Positions 43,550 through 53,424 of a stretch of 64,000 bases of DNA are shown here, piece by piece (within the stretch, counting starts at the first letter, position 1; each line of letters begins with the position of its first letter). Position numbers and translations under genes: made by a program. The stretch is taken from positions 32,001 through 96,000 of the forward strand of contig CAWCMR010000010.1 in the NCBI GenBank assembly GCA_963796685.1, in the 5' to 3' direction. The notes beneath the pieces were generated by a model. The model did no database searches. It was not told where the DNA came from and saw nothing but the letters and a program-made list of their open reading frames with translations. The DNA comes from an uncultured delta proteobacterium (lineage in GTDB: Bacteria > Myxococcota_A > Polyangia > Fen-1088).

Positions 43550-45541
43550 CTAGATGGACATCAATTCGGCAAAGACTTGTTCGTTGCTGAAGCCTTGCAA
43601 GTCGATGGCCTTGGTTCGGCAGGTCGACACGCAGGTCCCGCAGCCCTGGCACAGGCCTGGGTTCACTTTGGCAACGACCTTTAGCACGTCGCCGTTGCGG
43701 TTCTTGATCGATTCTTCCTCGATGGCCTGGTAGGGGCAGGCCGACTTGCACAGGAAGCAACCCACGCAATGCGAGAACACGGGCGGCGGCTGGCGGTCGA
43801 CCACGGCGATGATGGGTTCGCGGGTAAGCTCTGGCTGCGAGAACAGGCCCGCGACCTTCACCGCCGCGCCGCTGGCCTGGGCGACGGTCTCGGGGATGTC
43901 GCGCGGGGCCTGGCACGCGCCGGCCAGGAAGATGCCGGCGGTGTTGGTCTCCACCGGGCGCAGCTTGGGGTGGGCCTCGGCGAAGAACTTGTACGGGTCG
44001 TACGAGACGTGAAGCGTCTGCGCCAATTCTTCGGCGCCATCCTGCGCTTGCACCGCGGTGGCCAGCACCACCATGTCGGCGCGGATTTCGACCTGCTCGC
44101 CACCGAGCAGCGTGTCCACGCCCTTTACCACCAGCTGCCCATGGTCCTCATACACACGTGACACCCGGCCGCGCACGTACTTCACCCCGTCCTCCTCGAC
44201 AGCGCGGCGGACGAACTCGTCGTAGTTCTTTCCGGCGGCGCGCACGTCCATGTAGAAGACCGTGGCCTGCCCGCCGTGCACTTTGTGCTGGTACAGCATG
44301 GCGTGCTTGGCCGTGTACATGCAGCAGATCTTCGAGCAGTAGGGCACGCCTTTGAGCCGATCGCGGCTGCCGGCGCAGGCGATGAACACGATGGTCTGCG
44401 GCGTCTTGCCGTCGGACGGGCGCTTGATGGCCCCGCCGGTGGGGCCCGAGGCCGAGGCCAGGCGCTCGAACTTCATGCCGTCGATGACGTCCTTGTACTT
44501 GCCGTAGCCGTATTCCGAAAAATTGCTCACCGGCATGGTCTTGTAGCCGGTGGCCAGCACCACCGCGCCCACGTCGTACACTTCGATTTGGTCTTCCTGG
44601 TCGAAGCGGATGGCTTTGGTGGGGCACAGCTTCTCGCACGCCTTGCACTTGCCGGTCTTGAAGTAGGTGCAGTTTTCGAGGTCGATGACGGGCTTGTTGG
44701 GCACGGCCTGCGGGAAGGGCACGTAGATGGCGGCACGGTTGGAGAGGCCTTCGTTGAACTGATCGGGGATCTTCTTGACCGGGCACTTCTGTTGGCACAC
44801 GCCGCAGCCGTTGCAAAGCTTCTCGTCGATCTTGCGCGCCTTGCGCCGGATGGTGGCCTTGAAGTTGCCGATGAAGCCTTCCAGCTTCTCCAGCTCGGAG
44901 TAGGTGAGGAGGGTGATGTTCGGATGGCGTGCCACCTCGACCATGCGCGGGGTGAGGATGCACTGCGAGCAGTCCAGCGTGGGAAAAGTCTCCGAGAGCT
45001 GGCTCATGTGGCCGCCGATGGAAGGCGACTTCTCCACCAGCAGGACCGGGCTGCCCGTGTTGGCGATGTCGAGCGCGGCCTGGATGCCGGCGATGCCTCC
45101 GCCGAGCACCAGCGCCCTCTTGGTGATGGGCACGCGGATGGGCTGCAAGGGGTGGTTGCGCTTCACCTTCTCGACTTGCAGGCGTACGAGATCCACGGCC
45201 TTTGCCGTGGTCGGCTCGCCCTTCTCATGCACCCACGAGCAGTGCTCGCGCAGGTTGGCCATCTCGCACTGGTAGGGGTTGATGCCGCCCTCCTCCGCCG
45301 TCTTCCTGAACGTCGGCTCGTGCATGCGCGGGGAACAGGCGGCCACGACCACGCCGTCCAGCTTCTTGTCGCGGATGGCATCCTTGAGCATGGTTTGCCC
45401 GGGATCGGAGCACATGTATTTGTACTCCACGGCATGCACCACGCCGGGCATGTCCAGGGCTGCCTTGGCCACTGCGACGACATCCACGGTTCCCGCGATG
45501 TTCTCGCCGCAGTGGCAAACGAAGACGCCAACGCGTGACAT
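43550..45541 (-). CDS. hdrA: Heterodisulfide reductase subunit A
   Basis: GVFVCHCG, ACSPRMHE, GGGIAG, FPTLDCSQC, YCSKICCMY, HPKLRPVET. Confidence 0.97.
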   Translation of the reverse strand: MSRVGVFVCHCGENIAGTVDVVAVAKAALDMPGVVHAVEYKYMCSDPGQTMLKDAIRDKKLDGVVVAACSPRMHEPTFRKTAEEGGINPYQCEMANLREHCSWVHEKGEPTTAKAVDLVRLQVEKVKRNHPLQPIRVPITKRALVLGGGIAGIQAALDIANTGSPVLLVEKSPSIGGHMSQLSETFPTLDCSQCILTPRMVEVARHPNITLLTYSELEKLEGFIGNFKATIRRKARKIDEKLCNGCGVCQQKCPVKKIPDQFNEGLSNRAAIYVPFPQAVPNKPVIDLENCTYFKTGKCKACEKLCPTKAIRFDQEDQIEVYDVGAVVLATGYKTMPVSNFSEYGYGKYKDVIDGMKFERLASASGPTGGAIKRPSDGKTPQTIVFIACAGSRDRLKGVPYCSKICCMYTAKHAMLYQHKVHGGQATVFYMDVRAAGKNYDEFVRRAVEEDGVKYVRGRVSRVYEDHGQLVVKGVDTLLGGEQVEIRADMVVLATAVQAQDGAEELAQTLHVSYDPYKFFAEAHPKLRPVETNTAGIFLAGACQAPRDIPETVAQASGAAVKVAGLFSQPELTREPIIAVVDRQPPPVFSHCVGCFLCKSACPYQAIEEESIKNRNGDVLKVVAKVNPGLCQGCGTCVSTCRTKAIDLQGFSNEQVFAELMSI

Positions 45542-45550
45542 CGTGACTCC

Positions 45551-46423
45551 TTATTGCGCCGCCGCCGCGGCAACGTGTTTGACGGGGAATTTGACCGGCA
45601 CGAAGTGCCGCCCCAGGCCCAGCTCCTTTGCGGAGAGCCCGAGCGCCATGCCGATGACCTGGGTGATGAAGAGAACCGGGATATCGGTCTTCGCATCGAG
45701 ACGCTGGTTGATTTCGCCTCGGCGCAAATCGAGGTTGGAATGGCACATGGGGCAGGCGACCACCACGGCTTCGGCCTTCTTCTCGACCGCGTCCTTCATG
45801 ATCTTGGCGCCCAGGCGGCCGACCACCGACGTCTTCGACACCGAGAATGAGGCGCCGCAGCACTCGGTCTTGAAATTCCAATCGATGCTCTTGCCGCCGA
45901 CCGTGGCGACCAGCTTGTCCATCTCCACCGGATCCTCGGTGCGATCGAAGCCGGTGACCTTGGCCGGCCGGACCAGCAAGCAGCCGTAGTAGCAGGCGAC
46001 CGTCTGCTCGAACCTCTTGGTGACCTTCGCGCCGATCTGCTCCGTCACTTGCGCCAGCAGCTCGAGCACGTTCAGCACGCGCGGCAACTTGGTGATGGTG
46101 GTCTGCAACACCTTCTCGACCTGTGCCTTGGTCGTGGGGCTGGTGGCGATTTCGTGCCTGGCGGTGGCCAGCCGGTTGTAGCAGGACGCACACGGGGCCA
46201 TCACCTGGTCCAGACCCGCCTTTTGCGCCTTGAGCAGCACGTTGATGGGCAGGGCCACCGAAACCAGGTGCTCGATCATGTGGCCCGAGCTGGCGCCGCA
46301 GCAGTTCCATTCCGGCACTTCGCAAAGCTCGATGGACAGCGCCTTGGTCACGGCATCGAGCGATTCGGCGAAGTCGCGCGATGACCCCTGCAGCGAGCAG
46401 CCAGGAAAGTAACCGACCTTCAT
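45551..46423 (-). CDS. hdrB: Heterodisulfide reductase subunit B
   Basis: YFPGCSL, WNCCGA, YYGCLL, ECCG, ACPMCH (CCG domains). Confidence 0.95.
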   Translation of the reverse strand: MKVGYFPGCSLQGSSRDFAESLDAVTKALSIELCEVPEWNCCGASSGHMIEHLVSVALPINVLLKAQKAGLDQVMAPCASCYNRLATARHEIATSPTTKAQVEKVLQTTITKLPRVLNVLELLAQVTEQIGAKVTKRFEQTVACYYGCLLVRPAKVTGFDRTEDPVEMDKLVATVGGKSIDWNFKTECCGASFSVSKTSVVGRLGAKIMKDAVEKKAEAVVVACPMCHSNLDLRRGEINQRLDAKTDIPVLFITQVIGMALGLSAKELGLGRHFVPVKFPVKHVAAAAAQ

Positions 46424-47004
46424 TGTTGCGACTCCTTCTTCACCGCGCGGGCGCGGGCGAAGATCTCCGCCACTTCGCGCTTGTTGGCGCCTCCGTGCGG
46501 GAAGAGTCCCAGCTTCCCTTTGAAGAACATGGTGGGCGCCACGCCGACATCCTTGAAGAAGTGGCCCGTTCGTAGCTTGTAGTCGCCCACCATGCCGAGC
46601 TCGAACAGGCGCCCGGCCCTCTCGACCGAATTCAAGAACGCCTTGTGAAACGCTACCACGTCATCGGCGTCTTGGTTGGCCACGTTGCGTGCCAGCGCCT
46701 CCTGGCGCAGAAAATCCATGGCGCGCGGCAGGTCGACCTCTTGCGGACAGCGCGTGACGCACGTTTCGCAGCCGATGCACATCCAGATGGCCATCGATTT
46801 GAGGGCGCGTTCTTCGTGCTTGGGCGATTCGGTTTGCAGCAGGCGCAGCACCTGCGACGGTGCGACGTCCATGTCCTCGGCGGCGGGGCACCCGGCGGTG
46901 CACTTGCCGCACTGGTAGCAGTCCGCGACGCTGACTTCACCCTCTTTTTCCAGCCGCGCCGCCAAGCTGTGACACGGGGACAACGATTCGTGATGCGTGC
47001 TCAT
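46420..47004 (-). CDS. hdrC: Heterodisulfide reductase subunit C
   Basis: CYQCGKCTAGCP, IWMCIGCETCVTRCP. Confidence 0.95.
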   Translation of the reverse strand: MSTHHESLSPCHSLAARLEKEGEVSVADCYQCGKCTAGCPAAEDMDVAPSQVLRLLQTESPKHEERALKSMAIWMCIGCETCVTRCPQEVDLPRAMDFLRQEALARNVANQDADDVVAFHKAFLNSVERAGRLFELGMVGDYKLRTGHFFKDVGVAPTMFFKGKLGLFPHGGANKREVAEIFARARAVKKESQQ

Positions 47005-47155
47005 GTGCTTCTCCCGTCCGAGGTTTCGGCCCCCTCGGCGTGCGCAGTATGCGCCCATTTCGGGTCCTCATCGTAGGATTTTTCACAGCGAGGACCGCCC
47101 CTCCGGTGTCGCTCGGCGGCGAGCCCAAGCCGCCTTCTCGAACGAGAGGTAGCGC

Positions 47156-47189
47156 ACAAAAAGACAGGGCCGGGGATTGCTCCGGCCCT
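47156..47189 (-). terminator. Intrinsic terminator after rpoZ
   Basis: AGGGCCGG-loop-CCGGCCCT followed by GTCTTTTTGT on the minus strand. Confidence 0.65.
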
Positions 47190-47228
47190 CATCCTGTGTG
47201 TCTCGCGCCTCTCGCGCGTCTCGGGAGG

Positions 47229-47519
47229 CTAGCTGTTGTTGTGGCTCGCGTACTTGGCCAGCGTGCGCTCGCGCTCTGGTCGCGCACCGCGTGCACGCAT
47301 CTCGGCGATGTACTGCCTGATCGTACCTTCGACATTCTCGTTGAAACGCACCGAGCCTTGAGCGATCTCCCGCAACGCGGTGACGCCGGGTTTGTTGTCG
47401 CACTTGACCAGCGGCACAGCCCGCCCGGCAAGGTGGCGCGCGCGCTCTGCCGCCAGGATGACCAGGGCGAAGCGGTTCGGGACTTTCTCCAAACAATCTT
47501 CAACAGTTACGCGAGCCAA
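47229..47519 (-). CDS. rpoZ: RNA polymerase omega subunit
   Basis: (TTG) [19 protein letters not shown]...[12 protein letters not shown]; GGAGG RBS. Confidence 0.95.
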   Translation of the reverse strand: MARVTVEDCLEKVPNRFALVILAAERARHLAGRAVPLVKCDNKPGVTALREIAQGSVRFNENVEGTIRQYIAEMRARGARPERERTLAKYASHNNS

Positions 47520-47751
47520 AGGAGCCTCCGGGGTGAAGTACGAGGACCGGATATTAAGGCGGAAGCCGGCAAAGTCAAGGCCCGCCGCTCGGCATCGAAG
47601 GCCGGAGTCGCGCGATGTGAGACCAGCACAATCGTATTACGAAGTGGTTACGACATTGCAAAGTGCCCTCGCTGATTCTAGGCTAGGTAAATCGGTGCTA
47701 TTTATTTCGGCGCTCCTTGTGGGAGGGGATCGCCGGAGGAGTTGAAACAAG

Positions 47752-48510
47752 ATGTCGGCGATCACTATTAATTGGAGCGACCTAGAGATTGCTTTCGAGC
47801 GGAACTCTCCCGAGCAGGAAAGTTTCCTCGACCTCGAAAATGGAGATTTGCTTTCCATTGCCGAAGGTGAACCGGATGCTGGCGCCCGACGGGCCAAGGT
47901 GTCCAACAACCCGGATCGTTACCTCCGTATCGATCCCGCTTCGTCACGCGAACAGTACCGCTGGATGGAGCGCTTCGTAGGCGCGGTTCAGGACCTGCCG
48001 CTGCGCGAACGCCTTCTTGTCGCCATCGACGGCAAGGGTGCATTCCGCAGATTCAAGGATGTCCTGCTGGCATTCCCCGCCGAAAGAGAGCGTTGGTTCG
48101 CCTATCGTTCGGAGTTGCTGCATCTCCACATCCAGACTTGGCTCGACCACCTTCACATCGAGGCGATCAACCCGCCGCCGTGGGGCAGGGTCGTCGCCCG
48201 CGCCGAAACCCCGGAGGTTGCGCACGTCATGCCCGCGGGCGAGTCGCCGGGTGAGATCCTGCGCCGTCAGGCGCGCGAGCTCATCGAGGAAATTCCGGCG
48301 GCTGAAATGCCAACCGCCATCGTGTTTCTGGAATTCCTTCGCGAGCGGGGGGCGACCTCCCTTTTGGGAGGAAACCCGGTTGACTTGACGGCGCCGGGCA
48401 AGACCTCGGAAGAGTTGCCTCTTCAGACCGAAGACCAGCATCTGCACGAGAGCTTGCACGACGAGGCCCACCACGAGAGCGTGCACAAGGAAGGGGCCGT
48501 CGCCAGCTAG
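47752..48510 (+). CDS. UPF0158 family protein
   Basis: FLDLENG, YRWMERF, AIDGKGAFRRFKDVL, ERERWF; upstream TTGCAA-17-TAGGCT. Confidence 0.88.
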   Translation: MSAITINWSDLEIAFERNSPEQESFLDLENGDLLSIAEGEPDAGARRAKVSNNPDRYLRIDPASSREQYRWMERFVGAVQDLPLRERLLVAIDGKGAFRRFKDVLLAFPAERERWFAYRSELLHLHIQTWLDHLHIEAINPPPWGRVVARAETPEVAHVMPAGESPGEILRRQARELIEEIPAAEMPTAIVFLEFLRERGATSLLGGNPVDLTAPGKTSEELPLQTEDQHLHESLHDEAHHESVHKEGAVAS

Positions 48511-48521
48511 CCGGCCGAGGA

Positions 48522-49403
48522 TCAGCGGAGGCGGAGTCGTTCCGCCTCTGCTGTTTTGTTCGCCACGTCGATCTTTTCAGCGGCCTCCGCTTCGGGCGTG
48601 GCTTCGCGTGTCGTTGCTGATTCCGGTGGGATCCAGATCCAACCCTGCGGATCGATGGGGTCGCCCGCGGCCGCCGGGAGCTGCCACCCGTCGCGGCTGC
48701 GCAGATAGCCCGTGTACGCGCACACCACCGCGTCGAAGATGTGGTCGCTTTGGCGGCAGTGTTCGCGCCAGACGCCGGGACCGAAGCTCAGGTCCCCGAG
48801 GGCGGCCAGAATGTCGATACGGCGGTCGACGCGTTTGCGATAGGGCTCGCGAAATCCAAGCAGCTCCAGCGTGGCGCGAGGAAAGACCTCGATGAGGTTG
48901 TGGTTGAGCCGGAAGTGTTGGCCGAGCGCGCGCACCAGATGGGCAGCACGCGCGGCCAGCGGTCCCATGGCCTGTCCCAGGGTTTCGCGCGCCCGAATCC
49001 CACGGCTGCGCAGGTAGAGATCGGTCGCGCGCTGGGTGTAGGGCGTGATGACGGGCTTGCCGCGGCGGTGGTCGCGACTCGCACCCGGTTCGGGCGCCGC
49101 GAAGCCGCGCATGGTCAGCACCTCGGCATCGACGCACGCCGCTTGACCCGGGCACACCGGCTCGGTACAGCGCAGGCATGGCGGCAGCGTCAAGGGCGCG
49201 TCGACGCAGACCACGGCGTTCTCGACGCGGGAGAGCAAGGCCGAAATCAGGGCTGCATCGTAGAGCGGCGGCTCTTTGGCCCGCGGAGAGATTTGGGTCA
49301 CCGTGACCCCGTCGCGGCTGCGTTCGAGCACGGCCAAGGCGGTCTTCTTGCCTTTGCCGCCCCCCAGATCCACCCCGATGAATCGGGTGAAGGCCTTTTC
49401 CAT
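48522..49403 (-). CDS. DUF429 family predicted nuclease (RNase H fold)
   Basis: [31 protein letters not shown]. Confidence 0.85.
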   Translation of the reverse strand: MEKAFTRFIGVDLGGGKGKKTALAVLERSRDGVTVTQISPRAKEPPLYDAALISALLSRVENAVVCVDAPLTLPPCLRCTEPVCPGQAACVDAEVLTMRGFAAPEPGASRDHRRGKPVITPYTQRATDLYLRSRGIRARETLGQAMGPLAARAAHLVRALGQHFRLNHNLIEVFPRATLELLGFREPYRKRVDRRIDILAALGDLSFGPGVWREHCRQSDHIFDAVVCAYTGYLRSRDGWQLPAAAGDPIDPQGWIWIPPESATTREATPEAEAAEKIDVANKTAEAERLRLR

Positions 49404-49580
49404 GATTCGCGTGGCCACGACGGGCTGTCCTCGATTCACCTTGAGCCATGCACGCACGTGGGTCAACGCGAATCCAGGGTCGCGGCGCGGCCAAGGTCGG
49501 GCATTGACAGCACGGCGCTTTGGGACAGGATAGATGGAATGACTGCCCGGACCGGTTCACCGGCCGGGACGGAGAGCTCA

Positions 49581-49985
49581 ATGAAACGCACGATGTTCAA
49601 ATCGAAGATCCACCGTGTCACGGTGACTCATGCCGATCTGGCCTACGAAGGCTCGGTTACCATCGACGAGACCCTCATGCGCGCGGCGGATATCCTACCC
49701 TACGAAAAGGTCGCCATTTGGGACGCGACCAACGGAGCCCGGATCGAAACCTATGCGCTTCCTGGTGAGGCCGACTCGGGCGTTGTTTGCGTCAATGGCG
49801 CCGCGGCGCGCCTTGTGCAGCCAGGTGACGTGGTGATTCTGGCCACCTTCGTAGAGGGCATCGACGAGGCCGAGGCCAAGGCGTGGAAACCCACCGTGGT
49901 TCGCGTGGACGGCAGCAACCGAATCCTGACCGCGGCTCCCACCGGCGAGATCCCAGGGCCGGGCCGTCCCTGGGTGGTCTCCTGA
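49581..49985 (+). CDS. panD: Aspartate 1-decarboxylase
   Basis: [31 protein letters not shown]. Confidence 0.97.
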   Translation: MKRTMFKSKIHRVTVTHADLAYEGSVTIDETLMRAADILPYEKVAIWDATNGARIETYALPGEADSGVVCVNGAAARLVQPGDVVILATFVEGIDEAEAKAWKPTVVRVDGSNRILTAAPTGEIPGPGRPWVVS

Positions 49986-50311
49986 TTACCCATCTCAAAC
50001 CCTCGCGGCTGGAGACGCTTCGGTCGTTCGCCGAAAAGCGTCCCGAGGATCCGTTCCCACGCTACGCGCTGGCCATGGAGCTCAAGACCTCGGGTGACGG
50101 CGAAGGCGCGTGGCGGGAGTTCGACCTGCTGATCGCGAAGCATCCCGAGTACATCGCTTCCTACGCCCCGGCGGGCGAAGTTCTGGTCGGGCTCGACCGT
50201 GTGGACGAAGCGCGCGCGCTGTACGGCAAGGGCATCGAGGTGTGCACGCGGCAGAACGACGCCCACGCGCGCGGCCACCTGGAATCCTCCCTCGACGCCC
50301 TCGACAAGTAA
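49982..50311 (+). CDS. Small TPR protein
   Basis: SRLETL...[14 protein letters not shown]...HPEYIASY...GIEV; start codon unclear. Confidence 0.75.
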   Translation: MITHLKPSRLETLRSFAEKRPEDPFPRYALAMELKTSGDGEGAWREFDLLIAKHPEYIASYAPAGEVLVGLDRVDEARALYGKGIEVCTRQNDAHARGHLESSLDALDK

Positions 50312-50350
50312 TACGACCACGGTGGGATTGCGTCTATAATCCTGCTCGGG

Positions 50351-51388
50351 ATGAAGGGACGCGAGACCCCAGGGGTACAGCTCATCGCCGGCAAGTACGA
50401 GTTGCTGGAGCGAGCAGGCGAGGGCGGCATGGCGGTCGTCTGGCGCGCGGTGATGCACGGGGCGGCGGGGTTTTCCCGCCCGGTCGCGCTCAAGCAGATG
50501 AAGCCCGAGCTGCGTGAACAGGATCGGCAGGTGGCGATGTTCGTCGAGGAGGCGCGTCTCGGCTCGTGCCTGCTCCACCCCAACATCATCCAGGTTCTCG
50601 ACTTCGTCGACGACGAGAAGGGCTCGTACTGGCTGGTCACCGAGTGGGTCGAGGGTCTGGATCTCGGCAGCCTGCTGCGCTACTACCGCTCGCGCCACGA
50701 ACGCATTCCGTGGCCGCTGGCCGCTCTCATCGGCATCGGCGCCTTGCGTGGGCTGGCCGCCGCTCACGAGCGCCACACCGCCGACGGCACGCCGGTCCCC
50801 ATCGTCCATCGCGACGTATCGCCGCAGAACCTTCTGCTCGGCACGGGGGGCGCCGTGAAGCTGTCGGATTTCGGCCTGGCGCGTGCCCGGGATCGCACCA
50901 GCGTCTTGACCACACCGGGTTTCATCAAGGGCAAGCTCGGGTATCTCGCGCCCGAGCTGGTCGGTGGGGCGCAGGCCAGCCCGCAATCCGACCTGTTCTC
51001 GATGGGATCGGTGCTGTGGGAGGCCTTGGCCGGGCATCCCCTGTTCACGGGTAAGAACGACCGCGACGTGTTGCGCGCCATCCATCGCGGCCAGGTCCCG
51101 CCGGTCAGCAGCGAGCGGCCGGGCATGCCCAAGCTCTTGACGTTCGCCATCAGCCGGGCTCTGGCCCGCACACCGGCGGAGCGCTACCCGGCAGCCACCG
51201 CCATGGCCCAAGACATCGAGGCGGCCCTGGCCGGGGCGCTGACCTCGACGCTGGAGACCCAGGTGCGACTCGGGCGCGCGGTCGCCGATGCGCGGCGCCA
51301 CCTGGGCCGGAAGACCAAACGCCCCGATTCGCACTCGACCCTGCGCCTCCCGGCGCGGCGGTCGAGCATCGACCTTACCCGCCGCTAG
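50351..51388 (+). CDS. Hanks-type Ser/Thr protein kinase
   Basis: GEGGMAVV, VALK, HRDVSPQN, DFG, GKLGYLAPE. Confidence 0.95.
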   Translation: MKGRETPGVQLIAGKYELLERAGEGGMAVVWRAVMHGAAGFSRPVALKQMKPELREQDRQVAMFVEEARLGSCLLHPNIIQVLDFVDDEKGSYWLVTEWVEGLDLGSLLRYYRSRHERIPWPLAALIGIGALRGLAAAHERHTADGTPVPIVHRDVSPQNLLLGTGGAVKLSDFGLARARDRTSVLTTPGFIKGKLGYLAPELVGGAQASPQSDLFSMGSVLWEALAGHPLFTGKNDRDVLRAIHRGQVPPVSSERPGMPKLLTFAISRALARTPAERYPAATAMAQDIEAALAGALTSTLETQVRLGRAVADARRHLGRKTKRPDSHSTLRLPARRSSIDLTRR

Positions 51389-51409
51389 AGAGACTGGTAG
51401 ATTGGGCAC

Positions 51410-51763
51410 ATGCCGCTCCTCAACTTGTTTTCGTCCGCCAAGCAGCCCGACGAAGCCGCGCTGGCGCAAATGTTCAAGTCGTTTTCCGCGCTGCTTGCCC
51501 GCGAGCTCGGCAAACCCGAACGCTACGTGATGGTAGGCCTGGTGCCCCGCTTGGAAATGAGCTTCGCGGGCAGCCGAGAGCCCGCCTGCTACGCCGAGCT
51601 GAAGAACGTGGGGCGGCTCGCCGACGACAAGGTCGAGCATCTCTCGCAGGTATTGTGCGAGGCCATCGCCAAGGCCTTGTCCCTGCCCCAGGACCGCATC
51701 TACATCGAGTTCACGAATGCCGACGGGGCGCTGTGGGGCTTCGACGGCGGGACCTTCGGCTGA
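51410..51763 (+). CDS. MIF / phenylpyruvate tautomerase family protein
   Basis: N-terminal Pro, LGKPERYVMV, DRIYIEF, WGFDGGTF. Confidence 0.92.
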   Translation: MPLLNLFSSAKQPDEAALAQMFKSFSALLARELGKPERYVMVGLVPRLEMSFAGSREPACYAELKNVGRLADDKVEHLSQVLCEAIAKALSLPQDRIYIEFTNADGALWGFDGGTFG

Positions 51764-51800
51764 GCGTGTGCCGCTCGTCGGCGGAGGCGCAGAGCGCGCA

Positions 51801-53357
51801 ATGAAGCGATTCCTGAGGCGCTACTACGCCCTCCTCATCGCCGCGGCCGTGCTCGTGCTGCACGCCCACCTTTTCGACTTCGTCACCGACGACGCCTACA
51901 TCTCGTTCCGGTACGCGCGCAACTTGGCCCTGTCGGGCCAATTGGTGTTCAACCTGGGCGAGCGCGTGGAGGGCTACACCAATTTTCTGTGGACCGTGCT
52001 GCTCGCCCTGGGCATCAAGCTGGGGATCGGCCCGGTGGAGCTGTCGCGTTTTCTTGGCGTGGCCTTCGGCATCGCCACGCTGGCGGTGGTGGTGCGCATG
52101 TCGCTCCGCCTTGCCGGGGAGCGGCCTTCGCGCTGGCACGTGGTCGCGCCCCTGCTGCTTGCGAGTATGGGCGCGTATGCCTGCTGGTGCAGCGGCGGTC
52201 TCGAAACGCAGATGTTCACCTTCCTCGCGACCCTCGGCTTCGATCTCGTGCTCGCCGAAGTCACCATGGGCAAGGGCTGCGCCAGCGCGGTGGCCCTTGC
52301 CTTTGCCGCCATGACCCGGCCCGAGGGCGTGATGTTCTTCGCGCTGGCGGCGCTGTTTCGCCTCGTGACCAACCTGCGGCGCGAGCGCCGCCTGCTGCCG
52401 CGTCGATTCGAGCTAGCCTGGCTGGGGCTCTTCCTCGCGCTGTTCGCGCCGTACTTCGCTTGGCGTTGGCGCTACTACGGCTGGCCGTTTCCCAACACCT
52501 TCTATGTGAAATCGTCGGGCGTTTCGGGCACCTGGAAGCTGGGCGTGTACTACTTGCGGCGTTTCAGCGAGGACTACGGCGTTCACTTCCTGATTCTGCT
52601 CGCCATGTTCGGGCGGGCCGCGCGTGACGATCTGCGCCGTCGGGATCTGCGTCTGCTCACCGCCCTGGTGTGGCTCGCCTTCGCGGCCTACACCGTGAAG
52701 GTCGGCGGCGACTTCATGGGACTTTACCGCTTCATCTTGCCCATCGTTCCTCTCGGGGCGGTGGTGCTCGCCGAGTCCGTCCGTCGGATCTATGCAGGCT
52801 TGCGCCCACACTTCGGTGCTTGGGTCTCCGGCGTGGCGCTTGCCGCGGTCGGTGCCGGGTTCTTCCTCGGCAGCGCGCACACGAGCAAGGTGGCGCTGAC
52901 CTTCGTCGGCGCGGACAACGGCATCGACATGCCCGCCTATCTCAAGCACTACGCGGAAGAGCGCATCCCGGTCGGGCAGTGGCTGGGCCTCTACGGGCGC
53001 CCGGACGACCTCATGACCGTCGGCGGCGCCGGCGTCATTCCCTACTATTCCGGGATTCGGGCCTACGATGTCTTCGGCCTGGTGGACGCCACCATCGCCC
53101 ACGATCCGCACATGACCACCTCGAACCGGCCCGGCCACGAAAAGTGGGGCAGCGACCAATACATGCTGTCGCGCAGACCCACGCTGATTACGCACAGGTA
53201 CTGCCTTGGGGGCTCCTGTCCGATCGACAATGGGTGGACACCGCCAGGGTACGAGTGGGTCCGCGCCACCACCTCTTTGCCAGGGCAGAGCCTTTCCTAC
53301 TACAGCTTCCTCAAACGCCGCGATCGCGCCTTCGGACCCTTTCCCGCCGTGCCATAG
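51801..53357 (+). CDS. GT-C-type membrane glycosyltransferase (AftB-like)
   Basis: DDAYISFRYARNL, GERVEGYTNFLW, GLET, TRPEG, GGDFM, DVFGLVD, PGHEK. Confidence 0.82.
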   Translation: MKRFLRRYYALLIAAAVLVLHAHLFDFVTDDAYISFRYARNLALSGQLVFNLGERVEGYTNFLWTVLLALGIKLGIGPVELSRFLGVAFGIATLAVVVRMSLRLAGERPSRWHVVAPLLLASMGAYACWCSGGLETQMFTFLATLGFDLVLAEVTMGKGCASAVALAFAAMTRPEGVMFFALAALFRLVTNLRRERRLLPRRFELAWLGLFLALFAPYFAWRWRYYGWPFPNTFYVKSSGVSGTWKLGVYYLRRFSEDYGVHFLILLAMFGRAARDDLRRRDLRLLTALVWLAFAAYTVKVGGDFMGLYRFILPIVPLGAVVLAESVRRIYAGLRPHFGAWVSGVALAAVGAGFFLGSAHTSKVALTFVGADNGIDMPAYLKHYAEERIPVGQWLGLYGRPDDLMTVGGAGVIPYYSGIRAYDVFGLVDATIAHDPHMTTSNRPGHEKWGSDQYMLSRRPTLITHRYCLGGSCPIDNGWTPPGYEWVRATTSLPGQSLSYYSFLKRRDRAFGPFPAVP

Positions 53358-53424
53358 CTACGACAGTCGATGTCAGCATCTCGTTGCCAAAAATCGCAAG
53401 GAGATCGCATATGATGGAAAGCGA

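Noticed and set aside
43098-47004. Selenocysteine recoding in HdrA or MvhD
   Set aside because: The ORFs are uninterrupted and all ligand positions are Cys; there is no in-frame TGA.
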